Assembly (NCBI RefSeq): GCF_000018105.1
Contig: NC_009925.1
Span: forward strand, 4,410,001-4,442,000
Origin: Acaryochloris marina MBIC11017
Lineage (GTDB): Bacteria; Cyanobacteriota; Cyanobacteriia; Thermosynechococcales; Thermosynechococcaceae
Reading direction: 5' to 3'
Length of the DNA stretch: 32,000 nt
Below the pieces are notes generated by a model. That model was not told the DNA's origin. It saw only the letters and a list, made by a program, of their open reading frames with translations, and made no database searches. Positions 26,387 through 32,000 of this stretch are shown in pieces (position 1 is the stretch's first letter; the number at the start of each line of letters is the position of its first letter). Made by a program: the position numbers and the translations under genes.

Positions 26387-26442
26387 ATGCTCTATGGGGG
26401 AAAGGGATCGCGCCACCAGTCGATCCCTATAGAGCATTTTGT
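26387..26442 (+). terminator. Bulged hairpin with T-tail after the DUF3365 gene (terminator or attenuator)
   Basis: ATGCTCTAT/ATAGAGCAT (9 bp) and AGGGATCG/CGATCCCT (8 bp) are separated by a 7-nt bulge, with a 10-nt loop, followed by TTTGT. Confidence 0.45.
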
Positions 26443-26496
26443 CCGACTTCGAGGGGGTGAACCGATGCTCCAAAGTCCTATCACCCTAGTTAAGCT

Positions 26497-27105
26497 ATGA
26501 AGCCTAGGTTTTCAACTCTTATTATTCTGACGTTAGTGGTCGCAGCTATTTTGACCCCCTTTGCATTAAGTGGGGTTTATATTCCGTTGCTGCGCGATCG
26601 CAACTTCAATGCCTTGATCGTTCTACAAACGGATCTGTACAAGTTGATTACGGGGTTTGTCGTTCTGGCCCTTGTCTTTTTTGAACTGGCCCTCGCACTG
26701 CGTAAACGAGGGCGCCGGTGGAAAATTGCAGTGCCGGGTTCTATTTTGTTGTGGCGCAGCTTGCATATTTTTGTCGGTGTCGCTTTAGTGGCCACCGTTT
26801 TGCTCCATACCGGTGGTGCGGTTGGCGATAACTTTAATGCTCTCTTTCTCTGGGTGTTCTTTGGCGTCGCCCTATCAGCCCTAATGGGCGTGGTTGCAGA
26901 AACGGGCATTTTAGAATCTTCCCAGAAATACTTTGGGTTGGTGCCTCAAAGCTGGCAGGGTTTAGCGAAACGGTTCCCCAAGGTTTCGAAAGGGCCTCTC
27001 ATTCGCAAACTGCGTGCGATTTGGTTATCAACCCACATTATCTTGGTCAGTATGTTTTCCGTCATGCTTGGGTTTCACATTTTTGTGGCCTTTTATTTCC
27101 AATAA
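26497..27105 (+). CDS. Five-TM membrane protein, putative diheme b-type cytochrome (DUF4405-like)
   Basis: 202 aa. His90/His104 in TM3 (H-IFVGVALVATVLL-H) and His180/His194 in TM5 (H-IILVSMFSVMLGF-H) are two H-X13-H pairs, the spacing used for bis-His heme b ligation in cytochrome b of bc1 complexes. Confidence 0.5.
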   Translation: MKPRFSTLIILTLVVAAILTPFALSGVYIPLLRDRNFNALIVLQTDLYKLITGFVVLALVFFELALALRKRGRRWKIAVPGSILLWRSLHIFVGVALVATVLLHTGGAVGDNFNALFLWVFFGVALSALMGVVAETGILESSQKYFGLVPQSWQGLAKRFPKVSKGPLIRKLRAIWLSTHIILVSMFSVMLGFHIFVAFYFQ

Positions 27106-27129
27106 CTGAATCTGAGGCAAGAACAAAAA

Positions 27130-27153
27130 AGAGGGCGGTAAACACCGCCCTCT
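27130..27153 (-). terminator. Rho-independent terminator of groEL
   Basis: AGAGGGCGGT/ACCGCCCTCT forms a 10-bp GC-rich stem with a 4-nt loop. On the minus strand it is followed by TTTTTTGTTC. It lies 27 nt past the groEL stop. Confidence 0.75.
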
Positions 27154-27179
27154 GGGTCTAATCAATTAGGCTTGGGACT

Positions 27180-28811
27180 CTAGTAATCGAAGTCTCCACC
27201 CATGCCAGCACCGGTAGGAGCATTTTCCTTCGGCTCAGGCTTATCAGAAATAATGCACTCAGTGGTGAGGACCATACCAGCAATAGAAGCGGCATTTTGC
27301 AGCGCAGAACGAGTCACCTTTGCAGGATCGACAATGCCAGCGGCAAACATATCCGTGAACTCATTCACTGACGCATCAAAACCGACATTGAACTCTTTTT
27401 CACGAACGCGTTCAGCGATAACGGCACCATTTTGGCCAGCATTCTCAGCAATGCGCTTTAGAGGTGCAGTTAAGGCCCGTTCAACGATAGTGGCACCAAT
27501 CAGCTCTTCGCCAGTTAAGTTATCCGCAGCCCAACTTGCAAGTTGAGGACCAAGATGAGCCAAGGTGGTTCCACCACCGGGAACAATCCCTTCTTCAACA
27601 GCCGCTTTAGTGGAGTTGATGGCATCTTCTAGGCGGAGCTTTCGATCCTTCATCTCAGTTTCAGTGGCAGCACCGACTTTGATCACCGCAACACCACCGG
27701 CCAATTTAGCCAAGCGCTCTTGCAACTTCTCTTTATCGTAGGAAGACTCGGTCTCATCCATTTGACGACGAATTTGCTCGCAGCGAGCTTGGACGTCGGC
27801 CTCATTGCCTTCGGCAACAAGGGTAGTGGTGTCTTTCGTGATGGTGATGCGACGAGCTTGTCCCATCATTTCTAGCTTGGCAGTCTCTAGTTTGAGACCT
27901 GCATCTTCAGTAATCACCTGACCACCAGTCAAGACTGCAATATCTTCCAGCATGGCTTTACGACGATCGCCGAAGCCAGGTGCTTTCACGGCAGCTACAT
28001 TCAACACACCCCGTAAACGGTTGACGACGAGGGTGGCTAAGGCTTCTTTCTCAATATCCTCAGCAATCACCAACAAGGGCTTACCTGCCCGTGCAGCCTG
28101 CTCGAGTACAGGCACTAAATCTTGCACGAGGGTAATTTTCTTGTCGGTCAGTAGGATGTAGGGCTCGTCTAGCACAGCTTCCATCCGCTCTGTGTCAGTC
28201 GCGAAATAAGGAGAAATATAGCCTTTCTCAAAGCGCATCCCTTCAGTGACCTCCAATTCGGTGGTCATGGACTTGCCTTCTTCAAGGGAAATAACGCCTT
28301 CTTTGCCAACCTTATCCATCGCATTGGCAATCATTTGGCCGACTTCATCGTCATTACCTGCAGAAATCGTTCCCACTTGAGCAATGGCGGTGGAATCTTC
28401 AACAGAGCGAGCATTCTCAGCGATTTTCTCTACAAGAAAGCCAGCAGCTTTCTCAATGCCACGCTTGAGGGAAATTGCATTCGCACCCGCAACTACGTTG
28501 CGCATCCCTTCTTTGACCATGGCATGGGCAAGGACGGTAGCTGTTGTGGTGCCATCTCCTGCGGCATCATTCGTTTTGGAAGCCGCTTGACGAATCAGGG
28601 CAACCCCTGTGTTCTCAATGTTGTCTTCTAGTTCAATTTCCTTAGCAATGGTGACACCATCATTGACAATCTGAGGGGCACCAAATTTCTTTTCTAGAAC
28701 AACATTGCGACCTTTAGGGCCTAATGTCACCGCAACAGATTCACATAGAATATCCATCCCTTTCTCAAGGGCGCGACGAGCATTCTCGTTATAAATAATG
28801 CGTTTAGCCAT
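27180..28811 (-). CDS. groEL: Chaperonin GroEL (Cpn60)
   Basis: 543 aa. [40 protein letters not shown] and a Gly/Met-rich C-terminus. Located downstream of groES. Confidence 0.97.
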   Translation of the reverse strand: MAKRIIYNENARRALEKGMDILCESVAVTLGPKGRNVVLEKKFGAPQIVNDGVTIAKEIELEDNIENTGVALIRQAASKTNDAAGDGTTTATVLAHAMVKEGMRNVVAGANAISLKRGIEKAAGFLVEKIAENARSVEDSTAIAQVGTISAGNDDEVGQMIANAMDKVGKEGVISLEEGKSMTTELEVTEGMRFEKGYISPYFATDTERMEAVLDEPYILLTDKKITLVQDLVPVLEQAARAGKPLLVIAEDIEKEALATLVVNRLRGVLNVAAVKAPGFGDRRKAMLEDIAVLTGGQVITEDAGLKLETAKLEMMGQARRITITKDTTTLVAEGNEADVQARCEQIRRQMDETESSYDKEKLQERLAKLAGGVAVIKVGAATETEMKDRKLRLEDAINSTKAAVEEGIVPGGGTTLAHLGPQLASWAADNLTGEELIGATIVERALTAPLKRIAENAGQNGAVIAERVREKEFNVGFDASVNEFTDMFAAGIVDPAKVTRSALQNAASIAGMVLTTECIISDKPEPKENAPTGAGMGGDFDY

Positions 28812-28913
28812 GGAAGCTCAACCTCAAACTTAAAGGAGTAACAGCGAAGTTAGACAAAATAAAATTGCCCAGTTGAATGGGCAGAACGAATCGAAGGATG
28901 ATATTACGCTTGT

Positions 28914-29225
28914 CTAGTTGACGATCGCCAAAATATCTTTTTCAGAAAGCAGTACATACTCTTCACCGCCGAGCTTGACATCTGTACCGGCGTACTTGGA
29001 ATACAGAACTTTGTCGCCTTCTTTGACATCTAAGGCTTGGCGAGATCCATCGTCGCCCCGCTTACCTGGGCCAACAGCAGTAATTTCACCCACCTGAGGC
29101 TTCTCTTTGGCCGCATCGGGCAAAATAATGCCACCTGCAGTTTGCTCTTCTGCAGCACTGACTTTGACGAATACGCGATCACCTAAAGGCTTGACTGTAG
29201 AGACGCTTAAGGAAATAGCTGCCAT
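28914..29225 (-). CDS. groES: Co-chaperonin GroES (Cpn10)
   Basis: 103 aa. [12 protein letters not shown]...GGIILPD...GEITAVGPG...[11 protein letters not shown] is the canonical Cpn10 pattern. Confidence 0.97.
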   Translation of the reverse strand: MAAISLSVSTVKPLGDRVFVKVSAAEEQTAGGIILPDAAKEKPQVGEITAVGPGKRGDDGSRQALDVKEGDKVLYSKYAGTDVKLGGEEYVLLSEKDILAIVN

Positions 29226-29261
29226 ACCGGCTCCTCCAAACTAGATAGTGGTTACTGGGAT

Positions 29262-29288
29262 TTAGCACTCTCGACTCCCGAGTGCTAA
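29262..29288 (-). promoter_or_regulatory. CIRCE operator (HrcA binding site) of the groESL operon
   Basis: TTAGCACTC-N9-GAGTGCTAA is a perfect match to the CIRCE consensus, 37 nt upstream of the groES start. Confidence 0.9.
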
Positions 29289-29316
29289 TCTATCTGAGGT
29301 AATTGACCAAATTCAA
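29287..29316 (-). promoter_or_regulatory. Possible sigma70-type groESL promoter overlapping CIRCE
   Basis: The minus strand reads TTGAAT (29316-29311), an 18-nt spacer, then TAGATT (29292-29287). The -10 element abuts or overlaps the CIRCE arm. Confidence 0.3.
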
Positions 29317-29397
29317 TCTTTTGACTGTACGGGTTCCCGAACTCAAGTGCTTAAGTTTCTGTAGAACCCATGCTGAGAGGCGTTCAATGCTTGGTTG

Positions 29398-29940
29398 CTA
29401 ATGATCTCGGGTGACTAATTCCACTCCATCCCGCTGATCGGTCGCATCAAGATAGACGTTGACCAGTTCTTCCCGTGCCGTTGGCAATGCCTTGCCCGTA
29501 AAGTCAGGGTGAATCGGCAGCTCTCGATGGCCCCGGTCGATCAGGACCAGTAATTGAGTCAGCGTTGGCCGCCCATAATCATGGACGGCATTGAGGGCGG
29601 CTCGTATCGTGCGACCACTGTAAATGACATCATCAACCAGGAGAACAGTTTTCTGGGAGAGATCCGTCGGTAAGTCAGTTTTTCCAGGTGTCCTGACGGT
29701 AATTCGGTCTAAATCATCGCGGTAAAACGTAATGTCTAGGCTACCCACCGGGACTTTGATCTGCTCTAATAACTCTATCTGCTGGGCTAAGGCATAGGCT
29801 AGAGGAACGCCCCGTGTCGGGATGCCTAACAGTACCAGCTGATCTAGGGTGCCGACTCGTTCAATCACTTCTGACGCTAACCGTGTGATCGTCCGGCGTA
29901 GGTCTTGAGCTGACAGAATTTCAACAATATTAGAGGACAT
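29398..29940 (-). CDS. pyrR: Bifunctional pyrimidine regulatory protein PyrR/uracil phosphoribosyltransferase
   Basis: 180 aa. [30 protein letters not shown] and the PRPP motif [18 protein letters not shown]. Confidence 0.9.
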   Translation of the reverse strand: MSSNIVEILSAQDLRRTITRLASEVIERVGTLDQLVLLGIPTRGVPLAYALAQQIELLEQIKVPVGSLDITFYRDDLDRITVRTPGKTDLPTDLSQKTVLLVDDVIYSGRTIRAALNAVHDYGRPTLTQLLVLIDRGHRELPIHPDFTGKALPTAREELVNVYLDATDQRDGVELVTRDH

Positions 29941-30105
29941 GGATATAGAATCCGCGCAGTATCATCACGTTGAGGGCCTCATTGTGATGGAGAATAGTAT
30001 AGTACTGCGTTGATTTTACGCATTTTTGCGGAAGCGAACATGCCTAAAACTTGATATTCCTAGATTAAGTGCACAAACTTGTTGTCCTTTACCCTTTGAG
30101 TTGCT

Positions 30106-30414
30106 ATGGTACCCAGCTATGACATAGCCAATAGCTACAAAAACATTATGGAAATTCTGGTTGACGAAGAAATCGATCAGCAAACTTGTGCTTGGTCCTT
30201 AGAGGAGGCTCAACGGATTAACCGTATTGAGGTGGCCGCCCATGCCCTCAATCACTTGCCTCCCCTTTATGCGTCTAGTCAAGAAGGAGTGGCGCTCCAG
30301 TATGAACGTGCTCAACGGGAGCATCAGGGTGATATTACAACAGCCGTCACTGATGCCTTAACAGCGGTTAAGCGCATTCCTTGGAAAGGGTCTACCCCTT
30401 TTGATGTGCGCTAA
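30106..30414 (+). CDS. ComFB-domain (late competence development protein ComFB-like) protein
   Basis: 102 aa. YKNIMEILVDEEIDQQ ... INRIEVAAHALNHLPPLY resembles the ComFB family pattern. Confidence 0.55.
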   Translation: MVPSYDIANSYKNIMEILVDEEIDQQTCAWSLEEAQRINRIEVAAHALNHLPPLYASSQEGVALQYERAQREHQGDITTAVTDALTAVKRIPWKGSTPFDVR

Positions 30415-30462
30415 AGAGAGAGCTTTGAACGCTGCTACTCAATTTTGCCCTGTGATAAGGGC

Positions 30463-31893
30463 CTACTTTGATTGTGATAGAAGAGTTTTGGCCTGTTCTA
30501 GTGCGTTTTGCACTTGAGTGAATCCTGTTCCACCAAAGCTATTGCGGACGGCAACGACTTGTCGGGGTGAAATGGCTGAATAGATATCGTCAGCGAACTG
30601 GGGATGAAACTGCTGCCATTCCTCTAGCGTTAAGTCTTTGAGTAGCTTGTTTTGGGAGAGACATGTTTTCACCACAGCACCAACGATATTGTAGGCTTCC
30701 CGAAAGGGCACTCCTTGCTTGGATAAATAGTCTGCGACATCCGTGGCATTGGAAAAATCTTCGCCCACTGCAGATTCAAGACGTGGGGTTTGGAATTCTA
30801 AGCCCTCTGCCACCAAAATAGTCATGGCCTCTAAACAAGCCTTAATCGTTGTCACACCATCAAAAATGGCTTCTTTATCTTCTTGTAGATCCTTGTTATA
30901 GGCTAAGGGCAACCCTTTCATTACAACCAGTAAGCTTTGCAAATGCCCAAAAACCCGCCCTGATTTGCCCCGTACCAATTCGGGAACATCAGGATTTTTC
31001 TTTTGGGGCATGATGCTGGAGCCTGTCGCACAGCTATCCTTCAGTTTGATGAATCCAAACTCTTCCGAGGCCCAAAGGATGACTTCTTCTGAAAAGCGGC
31101 TGAGATGCACCATGATTAGACTGGCTGCACAGAGAAACTCAATCGCAAAATCGCGATCGCTGACGCCATCCAAACTATTGCGATACAGATCGGCAAACCC
31201 TAGCTTGTCGGCGGTGTATTGGCGGTCGATAGGGAAAGGCGTTCCGGCTAAGGCTCCTAAACCTAGAGGAGAAACATTGACGCGCCGATCAATTTCCCTC
31301 AGACGCTGCCAGTCTCGTTCAGCCATTTCAAAGTAGGCCAACAGGTGATGGGCTAAGCTGATCGGCTGAGCCCGCTGTAAATGGGTATATCCAGGAATAA
31401 GTGTCTGTACATGATCGCTGGCTAAGATGACGAGTGCTTGTTGCCAGTTCCGAATCAGTGTTTGAACTTGCAGAATTTGATCATGTAGATAGAGACGAAG
31501 ATCGGTACCTACTTGGTCATTCCGCGAACGCCCCGTATGCAGTTTTTTGCCTGTGTCGCCGATCAGTTCAATTAAGCGGTTTTCGACGGCAAAATGGATG
31601 TCTTCCGCTTCAATGCCAGGCTGAAATTGACCTTGGCGATATTCTTGCCGAATGGCCTCTAGCCCTTGATCAATGGCATCGGCTTCTGCTTGAGAAATAA
31701 TGCCACTGTGGGCCAACATCTGCACATGAGCTTGTGAACCCGTTAGATCATATTCAATCAAGGCGATGTCGAAATGAATGCTGGCATTAAAAGCAGCAAT
31801 CACAGGATTTAAGGCAGATTCAAATCTTTGACTCCAAACTTTGGAGTCAGAAGAGTCAGAGCTGTTTGTAGGAGGTACGGGAGAAGATGTCAA
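30463..31893 (-). CDS. argH: Argininosuccinate lyase
   Basis: 476 aa. WSQRFE N-terminus, [19 protein letters not shown] and the fumarate-lyase signature [12 protein letters not shown]. Confidence 0.95.
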   Translation of the reverse strand: MTSSPVPPTNSSDSSDSKVWSQRFESALNPVIAAFNASIHFDIALIEYDLTGSQAHVQMLAHSGIISQAEADAIDQGLEAIRQEYRQGQFQPGIEAEDIHFAVENRLIELIGDTGKKLHTGRSRNDQVGTDLRLYLHDQILQVQTLIRNWQQALVILASDHVQTLIPGYTHLQRAQPISLAHHLLAYFEMAERDWQRLREIDRRVNVSPLGLGALAGTPFPIDRQYTADKLGFADLYRNSLDGVSDRDFAIEFLCAASLIMVHLSRFSEEVILWASEEFGFIKLKDSCATGSSIMPQKKNPDVPELVRGKSGRVFGHLQSLLVVMKGLPLAYNKDLQEDKEAIFDGVTTIKACLEAMTILVAEGLEFQTPRLESAVGEDFSNATDVADYLSKQGVPFREAYNIVGAVVKTCLSQNKLLKDLTLEEWQQFHPQFADDIYSAISPRQVVAVRNSFGGTGFTQVQNALEQAKTLLSQSK

Positions 31894-31929
31894 TATATCA
31901 GGTCCGAAATAATAGAGATTCAGTCGCTG

Positions 31930-32000
31930 CTAATAGGATGTAATGCTGCGGAACACATAGCCAACAATAAAACCGATGATCAGGGCCCATACCTGTCCCG
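31930..32000 (-). CDS. 3' end of a gene continuing beyond the window (hydrophobic C-terminus)
   Basis: The minus-strand frame reads ...GQVWALIIGFIVGYVFRSITSY-stop (TAG = 31932-31930). Only 22 codons are visible. Confidence 0.25.
   Translation of the reverse strand, partial: GQVWALIIGFIVGYVFRSITSY

Noticed and set aside
18204-27105. The heme island might be a recent horizontally transferred mobile island.
   Set aside because: No integrase, transposase, flanking tRNA or direct repeats are visible. Five HIP1 octamers lie within it, which argues for long residence. An ancient transfer is not excluded.
27202-28631. Four + strand ORFs (27202-27546, 27952-28161, 28335-28631, 28384-28590) lie inside groEL.
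   Set aside because: They are antisense to an unambiguous, highly conserved groEL frame. Their Ala/Ser/Arg-rich, low-complexity translations are typical of shadow ORFs.
1-32000. I looked for CRISPR arrays, rRNA/tRNA genes, insertion sequences and known defence-system genes.
   Set aside because: No regularly spaced direct repeats, no cloverleaf-compatible tRNA sequence, no transposase or integrase-like ORF and no nuclease/ATPase defence-type ORFs were seen by eye.

Overview
This is a cyanobacterial chromosomal segment. Evidence: at least 11 copies of the HIP1 octamer GCGATCGC, Ycf37-like and CRR7-like genes, an NtcA-type promoter and a CIRCE-controlled groESL operon. I call about 31 protein-coding genes. 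I found no rRNA, tRNA, CRISPR array, transposase or integrase. Most of the window is ordinary core genome: an HGSNAT-like membrane acyltransferase (5' partial), an APC amino-acid permease, an ntcB-like LysR regulator with a trpD paralogue, mobA and a narM-like gene, tpiA, an ABC exporter, an M23 peptidase, ycf37, groES/groEL, pyrR, a ComFB-like protein and argH. The stand-out is a co-directional nine-gene block of about 8.9 kb on the + strand (18204-27105), built almost entirely of heme proteins and heme-handling proteins. In order it encodes: (1) an extra ResB-like/CcsA-like System II cytochrome c synthase pair; (2) a pentapeptide-repeat protein; (3) after an AT-rich leader holding a perfect 20-bp inverted repeat, a tandem-duplicated Vitreoscilla/flavohemoglobin-type globin with a C-terminal membrane anchor and no reductase domain; (4) a membrane-anchored cytochrome c with five heme sites (four CXXCH plus one CX4CH); (5) a secreted hexaheme cytochrome c; (6) a DUF3365-type monoheme lipoprotein; (7) a 5-TM protein with two H-X13-H pairs, the pattern expected for a diheme b-type cytochrome. 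I read this block as a candidate undescribed trans-membrane globin/multiheme electron-transfer module. All family assignments come from motifs read by eye and need HMM or structure confirmation.
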